A stretch of DNA of 64,000 nt from an uncultured Candidatus Saccharibacteria bacterium (GCA_964416985.1 CAYQFS010000003.1:18594-82593), one strand, 5' to 3'; positions 9,971-19,560 are shown, counted from the stretch's first letter. Numbers and translations are program-made. Notes: a model not told the origin generated them from the sequence alone.

Positions 9971-9995
9971 ACAATTCTTATATCATACCTTGTTC

Positions 9996-11249
9996 ATGAA
10001 ATACATCTCCATCGCTTTTATTGCTACTGTTCTTCTTGTCACACCGTGGCTTATACAGAATTCTCCACGCACACTTGAGTATCTTGATAGTGCGTACAGT
10101 TTTGTTGGGCGCAACCTTGCAGCGGTTATTCTTCATGATCCTGTGACTATTGCAGATCTTCGAACCCGCTATGACAATGTAACTTCTGAGAAAAAGATTC
10201 GCATCCTCATTGTTCCGGGGCACGAGCCTGGTTATGGAGGGACTGAATACCGTGGAGTCACAGAAAGAGAACTCAATGTGCAACTCGCTAGAAACCTCCG
10301 TGATTTTCTAGTAAAGAATGGTCATTATGAAGTTATTATGACTCGCGATAATGAGAAATGGGATCCTATTTTTAGTACATATTTCCAGGCGAACTGGAGT
10401 GACATCATCTCATTTTTTAAGATGAACAAGGAGGATACGCTCCATCTCGTCTCGTTGGAGGGTGCCGCGAAAACAACCGGAAAAGTCTATCACAATGCCG
10501 CTCCTCAGAATGTTGCGTACCGCCTCTACGGAATTAATAAATGGGGAAATGAAAATAATGTTGACATCGCCATTCATATTCATTTCAACGATTATCCACG
10601 AAGAAATACTTCCGAACCAGGAACGTACTCGGGATTTGCTATCTATGTTCCAGAAAGAATATATGCAAATAGTACGACGACTCGAGCCATTGCCAACACT
10701 GTCTTCAAACGTCTTTCAAAATATAATCCAGTGAGCAATCTTCCAAACGAAAACTCCGGCGTTGTCGAAGAACCGGACCTCATTGCCATCGGTGCGTACA
10801 ACACCGCTGATGCGGCGAGTATGCTCATTGAATATGGATACATCTATGAGCCACAGATTTTCAATGAAAGTGTCCGTGACACGACTCTCAAGGATCTCGC
10901 ATTCCAGACATATCTCGGACTCCAAGACTTTTTTGGAAGTGGAAATGATGTCTCATTTGCCTACGATACACTCGTCCTTCCTCATGCATGGAAAGATATC
11001 ATGACGTCATCCCAGTCAAAGCCCGATGACGTAATTGCTCTACAAACCGCGATGCTTCTTGATGGTGTGTATCCTGGTGAAGGGAAGACAAAAAATGATT
11101 GTCCTCGAACTGGTAAATTGGGCCCATGCACACTGAATGCCCTTACAAATTTTCAGAAAAAATATGGGATTAAAGGAGAAGAGGGGATAGTTGGTGAAAA
11201 GACGAAGAAAATTTTGAATACCAAGTACTCAATCCAATCGGTTATATAA
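9996..11249 (+). CDS. N-acetylmuramoyl-L-alanine amidase (Amidase_3) with C-terminal peptidoglycan-binding domain
   Basis: N-terminal signal/TM (MKYISIAFIATVLLV). ILIVPGHEPGYGG..E..N, typical of the zinc amidase family. C-terminal ALQTAMLLDGVYPGEGK...LNALTNFQKKYGIKGEEGIVGEKT matches the PG_binding_1 pattern. Start taken at the ATG at 9996, in frame with the track ORF, to avoid the Fpg overlap. Confidence 0.7.
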   Translation: MKYISIAFIATVLLVTPWLIQNSPRTLEYLDSAYSFVGRNLAAVILHDPVTIADLRTRYDNVTSEKKIRILIVPGHEPGYGGTEYRGVTERELNVQLARNLRDFLVKNGHYEVIMTRDNEKWDPIFSTYFQANWSDIISFFKMNKEDTLHLVSLEGAAKTTGKVYHNAAPQNVAYRLYGINKWGNENNVDIAIHIHFNDYPRRNTSEPGTYSGFAIYVPERIYANSTTTRAIANTVFKRLSKYNPVSNLPNENSGVVEEPDLIAIGAYNTADAASMLIEYGYIYEPQIFNESVRDTTLKDLAFQTYLGLQDFFGSGNDVSFAYDTLVLPHAWKDIMTSSQSKPDDVIALQTAMLLDGVYPGEGKTKNDCPRTGKLGPCTLNALTNFQKKYGIKGEEGIVGEKTKKILNTKYSIQSVI

Positions 11250-11254
11250 CAGTC

Positions 11255-12523
11255 TTATTTCGAAGTAAGCAGTTTCTCGATTTCTTCTTTTGCAATCTGG
11301 GAATCACTCCATGGAGTTTTTGTTCCATTTGGTCCCATGATGTAGGGATCAGTTCCTTTTCCTGTAATGAGAACGGCATCACCAGTTTTTGCTCGCTTCA
11401 GAGCTTCTGCTATGGCAGCTCGGCGATCCATTATAATAGTTGGCTCCTGATCTTTTATTCCCTCGGCAACGTCAGCGACGATCTTGTTCGGATCTTCATC
11501 GTATGGATCCTCGTCAGTAAGAATAATTTCTTCACAATACGAATCTGCAATTCGCCCCATTTCTTTTCTTTTCCAATTATCTCTTCCACCCCCTGTTCCT
11601 CCAAGTACGCAGATATTTCGGGATGTCTCAAAAACCTGGTAAAGCTTTTCGAGCGAATCGGGAGTGTGGGCGTAGTCCACCACAACAGAAAAATCCTGTC
11701 CGGCGTGTATTCTCTCAACCCTTCCTTTTACCCCGTCAAACTTTTCGATTGCTCGTACAATGATGTCATTAGAAACGCCAAAGTTTCTTGCACAAGCAAT
11801 TCCCGCGAGTAGATTGTAAAGATTGAATAATCCAGAGAGGGGAGAATGAACCTTTTTCCCACTGAGTGTGAAATCGATTCCTTCTGATTTTACTTCATAC
11901 GGCTCAGCGTCCTTGATGCTGTAGGTAATTTTTTTGTCAGCTTCACAGGCAAGAAATCGATAAGCTTCTTTATCATCTCCATTCGCGATGATCGTCTTAT
12001 TTTCTTTTTTTGATGTAATCATTTCGCAGGCGATCTTCACTTTTGCAGCCGCGTAGTTTTCAAATGATCCATGAGAGTCAATGTGCTCTGGAGTTAGATT
12101 TGTAAAAACGAAGCAGTCGAGATCAATGAACTTGTGACGATACTGGAGCGTCCCTTGGGATGTCATTTCGAGGATGACGAAATCGCACTTTGCATTTACC
12201 GCCTTGCGAATGAGCCTCTGTACAAAGAATCTTCCCGGCATCGACATTTTAAATTTATTGTCCATCGAATCATGAGCGATTTTGTATCGAATGGTGTTTG
12301 AAAGGGCAGTGGCGTATCCTGCTTCTTCAAGAAAGGCATTGATTGCCTCTGTTGTTGTGCTCTTGCCTTTTGTTCCAGTGACCCCGATTACCTTTATTTT
12401 CCTCGATGGGAATCGGTAAATGAGAGCCGCAAGAAGTGCAAGAGTGTAATGATATGCGGGTTGAAAAAAAGCGAAGAGCTTTGTGGGGATGATTTTACGG
12501 CCGAAATTGAGGATTGATTCCAT
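11255..12523 (-). CDS. Mur ligase family protein (MurE-like UDP-MurNAc-peptide ligase)
   Basis: P-loop VIGVTGTKGKSTT; central Mur ligase domain (DxxxLE, TNLTPEHID); C-terminal domain GKGTD. 422 aa. Confidence 0.75.
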   Translation of the reverse strand: MESILNFGRKIIPTKLFAFFQPAYHYTLALLAALIYRFPSRKIKVIGVTGTKGKSTTTEAINAFLEEAGYATALSNTIRYKIAHDSMDNKFKMSMPGRFFVQRLIRKAVNAKCDFVILEMTSQGTLQYRHKFIDLDCFVFTNLTPEHIDSHGSFENYAAAKVKIACEMITSKKENKTIIANGDDKEAYRFLACEADKKITYSIKDAEPYEVKSEGIDFTLSGKKVHSPLSGLFNLYNLLAGIACARNFGVSNDIIVRAIEKFDGVKGRVERIHAGQDFSVVVDYAHTPDSLEKLYQVFETSRNICVLGGTGGGRDNWKRKEMGRIADSYCEEIILTDEDPYDEDPNKIVADVAEGIKDQEPTIIMDRRAAIAEALKRAKTGDAVLITGKGTDPYIMGPNGTKTPWSDSQIAKEEIEKLLTSK

Positions 12524-12562
12524 GGTTCAATTATGCCCTATTTTTAGGGTTTTATTAGTATT

Positions 12563-12597
12563 GACTTTTATGTCTATTTGTGCTATTACTCTTTACA
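12563..12597 (+). promoter_or_regulatory. Candidate sigma70-like promoter upstream of 12639 ORF
   Basis: ttgact, 17 nt, tattac; seen in sequence. Weak. Confidence 0.3.
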
Positions 12598-12638
12598 GAA
12601 TTCCCTGGTAATTAACCAAAACGACTACTGTCAAAGGG

Positions 12639-13481
12639 ATGTCAGCCAAGGAAAATAAAGAAAGGATCGTCATGGCAACTATTGTCGCAGGCGAGATGTA
12701 CGAAAAGTTGGATGGTCAGTTGTTCGAAATTAAACGGCAAATGCGTCAACCGAACGGCTACCCTCACGACCCAGAAGTTCTCTCACGAGGACTTCAGCAA
12801 CTCATCGAAGGTAACTTCGGAACACAACCTGTTGTTGAGGTCATGCAAACAGCTAAACCCCAACCTCTCATCCTCACTGGCACAGGTAACACCCTTGCCG
12901 ATTGGCTCAAAGCTCGTGAAAAAATGCACGAGTTTCTCACGGGAGAAAAAGTCAACTTCCTTGACATGTTTGTGGTGGATGACAAGACTCTCACTCGCAC
13001 AGATATCATGCCGTTCTTCCGTCCAGCTGGTGCCACTAACAGAATGGCCTTGGACTGGAAAGTGAAGCTAGGCATGAATCCCTCGTATGAGGAAGTGGAT
13101 GTGATGAAATACCGGAATGCTGGCGGATTAAATGCTCCTCAGCTTGGTTTCATGAAGCGCTCAATCCGGCCAGATGAGGAAACTCTCGGGAAACACGCGA
13201 TGTCTCCTGATGGACTCATCGAGACAAGGAAGACTTGGGTCAACCTGTTCGGTTACTCGGATGCGGATAGTCTTCACTTTCTCATAACTGGCGAGCACCT
13301 TGATTCTGGGGAAACATTGACATGGTTCCCAGATGATCGCTTGCCCGGTGGCAGGGAGGTGGCTCACGGCGATTGGGGCGTCCACGACGCTCAGGCCAAC
13401 TTCGACTGGAACTATCATGGCTATTGCCATCCGTTCATTGGGGCTCGTCTGGCAGAGCTCTTTCCCTTCAAAAAATCTTAA
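12639..13481 (+). CDS. Hypothetical protein (no recognisable domain); slightly GC-enriched relative to neighbours
   Basis: Long, clean ORF with good coding periodicity. No motif I can name. The true start may be the second Met, at 12672. Confidence 0.4.
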   Translation: MSAKENKERIVMATIVAGEMYEKLDGQLFEIKRQMRQPNGYPHDPEVLSRGLQQLIEGNFGTQPVVEVMQTAKPQPLILTGTGNTLADWLKAREKMHEFLTGEKVNFLDMFVVDDKTLTRTDIMPFFRPAGATNRMALDWKVKLGMNPSYEEVDVMKYRNAGGLNAPQLGFMKRSIRPDEETLGKHAMSPDGLIETRKTWVNLFGYSDADSLHFLITGEHLDSGETLTWFPDDRLPGGREVAHGDWGVHDAQANFDWNYHGYCHPFIGARLAELFPFKKS

Positions 13482-13555
13482 CCTTATTCCCTTGAACTCA
13501 GGGATTCACAGAGTGGCATGTATGAAAATTGCATGCCGCTTTTCTTTTTTCTATA

Positions 13556-14134
13556 CTATTTCCCCAAAACCTTCAACGCCTCCCGGACCTTGTCACTTGT
13601 TTTTGTAATTGTTTTTGGCAATTCTTTGAGAACATCTCGAGCTTCGTTTTGGGTATAGCCCAAAGATTTGAGAGCTTCGAGAGCGTCTGCGTCATTTTTC
13701 ATTGCACTCTTTGACTCTGGAGTGTGAGCAACCTTGTCGATCTTGTCCTTGAGTTCCATTACAATTTTTTCAGCAACCTTTTTACCAATTCCCGAGACCT
13801 TTGTGAGGTGCGAAGTATCTCCGGTTTGGACTGCAGTTTCGATAGCATGAACTGAAGCGGCGTTCAAAATTCCGAGAGCGGTTTTTGGGCCAATTCCAGA
13901 GATGGTAATGAGAAGTTCAAAGAAATTGAGTTCGGCAAGGGTGAGGAAGCCATAGAGATCGAGAGCATTTTCCCTGACGGCGAGGAATGTCCACAAGGTC
14001 ACTTTTTCCTCATCTTTACCGAGTTTGCTCAGTATATCCGAGGTCGTAGCAACCTTGTATCCGACGCCAGAAACGTCAAGAACGATGTATTTTGGGTCAA
14101 TATAGGCAATGGTTCCGGTCAAACGTGAGATCAT
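13556..14134 (-). CDS. ruvA: Holliday junction branch migration complex subunit RuvA
   Basis: N-terminal OB fold (MISRLTGTIAYIDPKYIVLDVSGVGYKV), tandem HhH motifs (ISGIGPKTALGIL; VSGIGKKVAEKIV) and a C-terminal RuvB-binding domain. Confidence 0.9.
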   Translation of the reverse strand: MISRLTGTIAYIDPKYIVLDVSGVGYKVATTSDILSKLGKDEEKVTLWTFLAVRENALDLYGFLTLAELNFFELLITISGIGPKTALGILNAASVHAIETAVQTGDTSHLTKVSGIGKKVAEKIVMELKDKIDKVAHTPESKSAMKNDADALEALKSLGYTQNEARDVLKELPKTITKTSDKVREALKVLGK

Positions 14135-14203
14135 GGGCTAATCATATAGTAAATGTTGCCTTTTTTAAAGCACTATGGTACGTTACAGGGACAACAAATA
14201 CAT

Positions 14204-14476
14204 ATGCCTATCACATCATCAGCGCAAAAGGCTCTCAGGGCCTCAATGAAGAAGAGATCATATAACCTTAAAACAAAGGCTTCTATTGACCTTCCTTTGA
14301 AGAAATTCAAGAAGCTTATTGCTGAAAAGAAGATCACAGAAGCAAAGGCACTCGTTCCCGCTATCTACAAGGCCCTCGACAAGGGAGCAAAGCGAAATTA
14401 CATCAAGGCAAACCACGCAGCTCGCAACAAGTCACGAGTCATGGCAGCGTTGAAGAGAGTAGAGGGGGTGAAGTAG
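14204..14476 (+). CDS. rpsT: 30S ribosomal protein S20
   Basis: MPITSSAQKALRASMKKRSYNLKTKASIDLPLKKF...ANHAARNKSRVMAALK is typical bS20. Start taken at the internal ATG at 14204 of track ORF 14153..14476. Confidence 0.85.
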   Translation: MPITSSAQKALRASMKKRSYNLKTKASIDLPLKKFKKLIAEKKITEAKALVPAIYKALDKGAKRNYIKANHAARNKSRVMAALKRVEGVK

Positions 14477-14585
14477 TATCTCAGCAAAAAAGAGATTCCA
14501 ACACAGAAAGTCTCATTCACACAATGGGATTTTTTGTTGCAATTAATAGTTTGTAGATATGACTTATATAACATATACTTAAACC

Positions 14586-14879
14586 ATGTTAAATCCAAAG
14601 ATTAAATTTATTAATTTTGAAGATATGCACCGAGAAAGCATGAAGGATCCTGCCTTTAGAAAAGCCTGGGATGCTCTTGATGTCGAATTTCAGATTATTC
14701 ATGATATTCTCAGAAAACGTATCGAGAAAGACATGAGCCAAAAACAGCTTGCGAAAAGGATTGGGAGCGACCAGTCAGTCATTTCGCGTCTTGAAGCAGG
14801 GAATTACAATCCTTCCATTAAATTTCTAAAACGTGTAGCAAAAGCTCTTGATGCAAGACTTAAGGTGACTTTGTTATAA
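14586..14879 (+). CDS. XRE-family helix-turn-helix transcriptional regulator (HigA/antitoxin-like architecture with a 45-aa N-terminal extension)
   Basis: HTH_XRE core: MSQKQLAKRIGSDQSVISRLEAGNYNPSIKFLKRVAKAL. Confidence 0.6.
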   Translation: MLNPKIKFINFEDMHRESMKDPAFRKAWDALDVEFQIIHDILRKRIEKDMSQKQLAKRIGSDQSVISRLEAGNYNPSIKFLKRVAKALDARLKVTLL

Positions 14880-14892
14880 TTTTCTGGTGGAG

Positions 14893-14967
14893 TGGTGCCC
14901 TCAGTAGGAATCGAACCTACATCGCAACTTCCGCAAAGTTGCGTCCTATCCATTGAACGATGAGGGC
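14893..14967 (-). tRNA. tRNA-Arg (anticodon GCG), CCA encoded
   Basis: Reverse complement gccctca...caact-ttGCGga-agttg...gtagg ttcgatt cctac tgagggc a cca. 7-bp acceptor stem; 7-bp anticodon stem with G37. Confidence 0.7.
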
Positions 14968-14992
14968 GTAGCAACAGGTTAGCATATCTAGC

Positions 14993-15451
14993 CTAAAATC
15001 CAAATCTTTCGAGAATTTTCTGAGTCAGAGGTTCGTGGTGTTCTGTTTCGGCAATATAATTCAAAAGAATGTCCCGCACTTTTTCTGGATCTACTTCATC
15101 AATATAAATCACAATGTAAGGCATAAACGTTTTCAAGGACTTGATGAGAATTTTTGAAGGACGCTCGTGAGCATCGATCCAGAATGATTCGAGAGAAAGA
15201 AAAGGGTAGAGGACATTTTCAGCCACGATTCCTCGATCATTTATTTCTATGTGAATAGTTTTTGGTTTTCGTGAAGCGTGTACGAGAAGGGCAAAGACCC
15301 CGATAATGATGAGGAGTCCAAATATCACGTTTCCAAAAATGAATGCGAGCGTTGCGGCTGTCAGAGTGATAATTCCGACTGCCCAGTACCAGTCGTTATT
15401 TTTTTCCGTATGAAAATGCTCAGGAGCATCCCATTCGATGAGCGGTTGCAT
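14993..15451 (-). CDS. Hypothetical membrane protein (2 TM)
   Basis: ORF with hydrophobic segments (VGIITLTAATLAFIFGNVIFGLLIIIGVFALLV). No family assignment. Confidence 0.35.
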   Translation of the reverse strand: MQPLIEWDAPEHFHTEKNNDWYWAVGIITLTAATLAFIFGNVIFGLLIIIGVFALLVHASRKPKTIHIEINDRGIVAENVLYPFLSLESFWIDAHERPSKILIKSLKTFMPYIVIYIDEVDPEKVRDILLNYIAETEHHEPLTQKILERFGF

Positions 15452-15513
15452 GGGGCTATTATAGCATCTTCAAAAGACCTGTTCGGTGAGAAGTGTGGGT
15501 AACGTATATATTC

Positions 15514-15598
15514 TGCGGATGGAGTGAGATTCGAACTCACGGCCCCCTTACGAGGGCGACGGTTTTCAAGACCGTTGCCTTAAACCACTCAGCCATCC
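15514..15598 (-). tRNA. tRNA-Ser (anticodon UGA), long variable arm
   Basis: Reverse complement contains anticodon arm acggt-ctTGAaa-accgt, variable arm cgccctcgtaagggggc, and T-arm gtgagttcgaatctcac. The ends are approximate. Confidence 0.75.
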
Positions 15599-15669
15599 AT
15601 CCATTGGTTAACTGTACAAAGATCCTCTCATATTTTGCTCTAATTTTCAACTTGGAGTAGACTGAGGCC

Positions 15670-16056
15670 ATGAGACTCCTCGGAATTGACTACGGAACAA
15701 AAAGGATTGGCATTGCTGTTTCAAATGAGGGTGCGGAATACGCCCTGCCTTTTTCGACCATTTCAAACTCAAAACGAATGCTCGACGAGATTGTAGAAAT
15801 AGCCAAGAGCAATTCAATCAAAGAAATTGTTCTTGGTGAATCGAAGAATTATAAAGGGGAAGCCAACGCGATTTTGCCAGCTGCTCTTGAACTCAAAAAA
15901 AATCTCGAAGCAAAGGAATTCATCGTTTACCTCGAACCTGAATTTATGACAAGCGCACATGTCGAAAAACTCCAAGGAAAGACAGATACCACTGACGCCT
16001 CGGCGGCGGCCCTCATTCTCCAGAGCTTCTTGGATAAAAGGAAAAATAGTGCATAA
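15670..16056 (+). CDS. ruvX: Putative pre-16S rRNA nuclease / Holliday junction resolvase-like YqgF (RuvX)
   Basis: MRLLGIDYGTKRIGIAVS, plus conserved acidic residues of the RNase H-like YqgF fold; 128 aa. Confidence 0.85.
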   Translation: MRLLGIDYGTKRIGIAVSNEGAEYALPFSTISNSKRMLDEIVEIAKSNSIKEIVLGESKNYKGEANAILPAALELKKNLEAKEFIVYLEPEFMTSAHVEKLQGKTDTTDASAAALILQSFLDKRKNSA

Positions 16057-16057
16057 T

Positions 16058-16435
16058 ATGGGCATGATTACATACGAAGACTTTGCAAGGGTAGAAATAA
16101 AGACAGGGAAGATACTTTCAGCTGAAAAAATCCCGGATACGGACAAGCTTCTGAAGCTCATGGTTGATTTTGCTGAATCAGTTGAAACAAAGGACGCGGA
16201 AGGCAATGTTACAGTAACTCAAAAACCCCGCCAGATTGTCTCGGGAATTTCCCTCTACTTTCCTGACCCCGCGATCCTCGTAGGGAAGACCTGCATGTTC
16301 GTGACAAACCTCGAACCAAGAATGATAAAGGGATACGAGAGTAATGGGATGCTTTTTGCGGTATCTACGGCAGAGGGAGCTTTCTCACTTCTTGAACCAA
16401 ACTCGACTATACCTCCTGGGACAAAAGCAAAATAG
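16058..16435 (+). CDS. Standalone tRNA-binding domain protein (CsaA / MetRS C-terminal EMAP-like OB fold)
   Basis: FARVEIKTGKILSAEKIPDTDKLLKLMVDFAE...VSGISLYF matches the tRNA_bind (Myf) domain. Start at the ATG at 16058, immediately after the ruvX stop. Confidence 0.7.
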   Translation: MGMITYEDFARVEIKTGKILSAEKIPDTDKLLKLMVDFAESVETKDAEGNVTVTQKPRQIVSGISLYFPDPAILVGKTCMFVTNLEPRMIKGYESNGMLFAVSTAEGAFSLLEPNSTIPPGTKAK

Positions 16436-16450
16436 AGATTCAATACAACT

Positions 16451-17080
16451 ATGTCATTTTACGATGTACTCGATCCAGAAAAGCTCATCACCACCTTCGG
16501 GCTTTTGGGAATAATCACCATCATTTTTCTCGAATCGGGAGTTTTCTTCGGTTTCTTTTTCCCAGGAGATTCACTTCTTTTTACGGCGGGATTTTTGGCG
16601 TCGCAGGATGTATTGCCTATCGTGATACTTACAATAGGAGTTTTTATTGCAGCAGTTCTTGGGGACAGCGTTGGTTACTGGTTTGGGAGAAAAACGGGCC
16701 CGAAATTATTTACTAAAGATGATTCTTTCTTTTTCAAGAAGAAGTATGTCACTCAAGCTGCGCATTTTTACGAAAAACATGGTAAAAAAACTATTATCTT
16801 TTCTCGGTTCATGCCGATCATTCGTACTTTTGCGCCGATTATCGCAGGAATTGGCTCAATGAACTACGCAACATTTCTTACGTACAATGTTGTCGGTGGA
16901 TTCATTTGGGCGGTCGGGATGACCCTCGGGGGATATTTTCTTGGACAAGTAGTTCCACATGCCGACCGATATATGTTGCCGATCGTTTGTATCATCATTG
17001 TTTCATCGTTCATTCCTCCAATTCTCCATTTTATCCGAAATAGGGACCATAAACACGAAGACAAAGATGTAGTACAATAG
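16451..17080 (+). CDS. DedA-family (VTT/SNARE-associated) membrane protein
   Basis: FFPGDSLLFTAGFLA and the GxxxP...RF(M/I)P re-entrant motif, with the GRKTGPKLF loop; 209 aa. Confidence 0.85.
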   Translation: MSFYDVLDPEKLITTFGLLGIITIIFLESGVFFGFFFPGDSLLFTAGFLASQDVLPIVILTIGVFIAAVLGDSVGYWFGRKTGPKLFTKDDSFFFKKKYVTQAAHFYEKHGKKTIIFSRFMPIIRTFAPIIAGIGSMNYATFLTYNVVGGFIWAVGMTLGGYFLGQVVPHADRYMLPIVCIIIVSSFIPPILHFIRNRDHKHEDKDVVQ

Positions 17081-17092
17081 AAGGGAATCTTT

Positions 17093-18073
17093 ATGATTAC
17101 CCAATCATTCTTCAAACTTTTCCCTCCTCCGAAATTTCTGAACATTCCTCATGCTGGCCTCGATATTTGTGATGATGCAGTCAGATGCATCGAATATTCT
17201 CATGGTGCACGAGGAATTACTATTCATCGTTACGGCACGAAGATGCTTCCTCCGGGAGTTGTCGAGTCTGGCCACATAAAGGACGAGCATCTTCTCGAAC
17301 AAACTGTCCGTGAGCTTGCACATGAGCTTAAAATTTCGATTGTTAAAGCGTCATTGCCAGAGGAAAGAATGTATCTCTTTAAAACAGAGGTACCCGATGC
17401 CTACGAAGAGGAAATTCGCCAGAATATTGAATTTAAACTCGAGGAAAATGTTCCTGTTTCTGCAGCTGACTCAGTTTTTTTCTTTGACCTCATTCCTCTA
17501 AATGCTGTTTCTGCTGAGATGAAGGATAAGAAAATAGCAAGCGTCTCGGTTGCTCCTCACGACCTTATTTCATCGTATCTAGGTGTACTCCAACGAGCGG
17601 GCCTGACAGTTCTTTCATTTGAAATCCAGGCAAAGGCAATTGCCAGGGCAATTGTGCCGAGGGATTCAATAGAAACACAGATCATTGTCTATATAATGGG
17701 GAACAAGACAGGTATTTATATCGTGTGTGGAGGTGTGGTTTGCTTCACCTCGACTATTTCATGGGGATACAGCACCATCGCTCAGTCGGCGGATGTTCCT
17801 GCTACTGCCGGAGAATTGAAAACCGAAATCCAAAGAGTGTATGGTTACTGGGTCGATCATGGAGGAGGAACCGATATTTCACGAGTCATTCTTGCTGGTC
17901 GCGGAGCTCTTTTTGAAGGGTTGGCATCACACTGTTCCCCCGATCCTAGGATTCCTGTCGAAGTCGCCCAGGTTTGGCAGAATGCTTTTTCTTCTGATAG
18001 ATACATTCCCCAAATTCCGTACGAAGATTCTCTCGACTATGCGATTGCGGCAGGTCTTGCTCTACCATCATGA
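17093..18073 (+). CDS. pilM: Type IV pilus assembly protein PilM (actin-like ATPase fold)
   Basis: GLDICDDAVRCIEY parallels the GLDIGSSSIK start of PilM. 326 aa. Followed by two single-TM genes in the PilN/PilO positions. Confidence 0.7.
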   Translation: MITQSFFKLFPPPKFLNIPHAGLDICDDAVRCIEYSHGARGITIHRYGTKMLPPGVVESGHIKDEHLLEQTVRELAHELKISIVKASLPEERMYLFKTEVPDAYEEEIRQNIEFKLEENVPVSAADSVFFFDLIPLNAVSAEMKDKKIASVSVAPHDLISSYLGVLQRAGLTVLSFEIQAKAIARAIVPRDSIETQIIVYIMGNKTGIYIVCGGVVCFTSTISWGYSTIAQSADVPATAGELKTEIQRVYGYWVDHGGGTDISRVILAGRGALFEGLASHCSPDPRIPVEVAQVWQNAFSSDRYIPQIPYEDSLDYAIAAGLALPS

Positions 18074-18624
18074 TTCATTACACACTTTTACCTGAACCAG
18101 AAATACGCAAACTTCGTCGCGAATATCGCGTCCGTGTTTTTGTGACCCTCCTTCTTTTTGTTTCGTGCGCAATTTTCATTGGCAGTCTCTCTCTTCTTCC
18201 TTCGTATTTTCTCTCTGACGATCAAGGGACAAAGGCTCTCAAAAGCGCTGAGGAGTTGCAAAAGGGTCGTGAAGAAAGGGGTATTGATCAGGTTGAAAAG
18301 GAATTAGCCAGAACTCAGACAATCTTGAAGCAGCTCACTCTTGAAAAAAGTAAAGTTGTTTTTTCAGATTTGATACAGACTGTCGGAAAATATCGCTCTC
18401 CTCAGATCCTCATCTCTGCTTTCGAACTTTCGAGTCTTCAATCGAAAGGAACAACCACAGTAACTGTTGTTCTGCAAGGAAAGGCACTTACTCGTGATGG
18501 TCTTATTGCTTTCAAGAAAAATCTTGAACAGGACAAGAGGTTTAGCGGAGTCGAATTGCCGATTTCAGATCTTGCTAAAAGTAAGGACATTCCGTTTGCG
18601 TTGAGGCTTTCATATTCCCAATAA
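18070..18624 (+). CDS. PilN-like type IV pilus inner-membrane assembly protein
   Basis: Overlaps the pilM stop by 4 nt. N-terminal basic stretch then a single TM (VFVTLLLFVSCAIFIGSLSLL) and a coiled-coil periplasmic region; called by position and topology. Confidence 0.5.
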   Translation: MIHYTLLPEPEIRKLRREYRVRVFVTLLLFVSCAIFIGSLSLLPSYFLSDDQGTKALKSAEELQKGREERGIDQVEKELARTQTILKQLTLEKSKVVFSDLIQTVGKYRSPQILISAFELSSLQSKGTTTVTVVLQGKALTRDGLIAFKKNLEQDKRFSGVELPISDLAKSKDIPFALRLSYSQ

Positions 18625-18625
18625 C

Positions 18626-19195
18626 ATGAAGATTAACCACCGACATTACATACTTCTTATCGTAGCATTCATTGTATTTCTTATTTCAGCTGCGAGCTAT
18701 CTTCTTTTGTATAGGGAGGTCGTTTCTCAGGCACGTCAATCATCGCAGATTCTCGCTGAGGTTACTCTCGAAAGTAACAAGAAACTCCATGAACGTGAGC
18801 TCACAGCTACATATGCAGATACACTAAGCGATAGGACTCGAGTCACATCTTTTGTTGTGTCTGAAGATAAAATAGTTCCTTTTATTGAGTCAATTGAAAA
18901 AATAGGGACTGATTCTGGGACTGACCTCGAGATTTCTGCAATTGGAACAGAAAAATCAACCACCCAGGATGCTGGTTTTGGCCATATCGCCGCCCATATT
19001 GATGTCAAGGGTTCTTGGACAAATGTTATGCGCGCACTTCTTCTCATTGAAAATATGCCGTACAGTGCCGTTATCAATAATGTGAGGCTGGTTGCCTCTG
19101 ACGCCATCCAGACAGTTGAAGTTAAAAAAGGGACGTCTCAAAAAATACGGCAGTGGGGACTTTCACTCGATATTCGAATACTCACTTCAAAATAA
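18626..19195 (+). CDS. PilO-like type IV pilus assembly protein
   Basis: Single N-terminal TM (YILLIVAFIVFLISAASYLLL) followed by a periplasmic domain. Gene order pilM-N-O. Confidence 0.45.
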   Translation: MKINHRHYILLIVAFIVFLISAASYLLLYREVVSQARQSSQILAEVTLESNKKLHERELTATYADTLSDRTRVTSFVVSEDKIVPFIESIEKIGTDSGTDLEISAIGTEKSTTQDAGFGHIAAHIDVKGSWTNVMRALLLIENMPYSAVINNVRLVASDAIQTVEVKKGTSQKIRQWGLSLDIRILTSK

Positions 19196-19197
19196 TC

Positions 19198-19533
19198 ATG
19201 AATACTACACCTTTCAAAAAATATATTCCTGTTCCTGATCTCTCTTTTTCGCGGGCAATGAAAGAGATGGGAAGAAATTCCTACGTTGACTGGATTGTCA
19301 TCATCTTCTTGAGTTTCATTGTAGCGATCGTTCTTATTGCAGGAAGTATGTACCTTTATTTCGCAGTCACGAAAGGAAACATCCGCTTTACAACTGTTTC
19401 TGACCCGGAAGCTACAGCAGCATCATTTGACGAGCGAAAACTTGTTGAAGTCATTTCAACATTTGATCAGAAAAATGCTGTGACTGAACAGGCCAAAAGA
19501 GCATTCACTGGAATCACAGACCCTTCGCAATAG
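19198..19533 (+). CDS. Small membrane protein co-transcribed with pilMNO (function unknown; occupies the PilP position)
   Basis: ATG at 19198, 2 nt after the pilO stop. One TM (WIVIIFLSFIVAIVLIAGSMYLYF). Confidence 0.35.
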   Translation: MNTTPFKKYIPVPDLSFSRAMKEMGRNSYVDWIVIIFLSFIVAIVLIAGSMYLYFAVTKGNIRFTTVSDPEATAASFDERKLVEVISTFDQKNAVTEQAKRAFTGITDPSQ

Positions 19534-19560
19534 GGGATATTTCTGGTATATTCTTACTAC

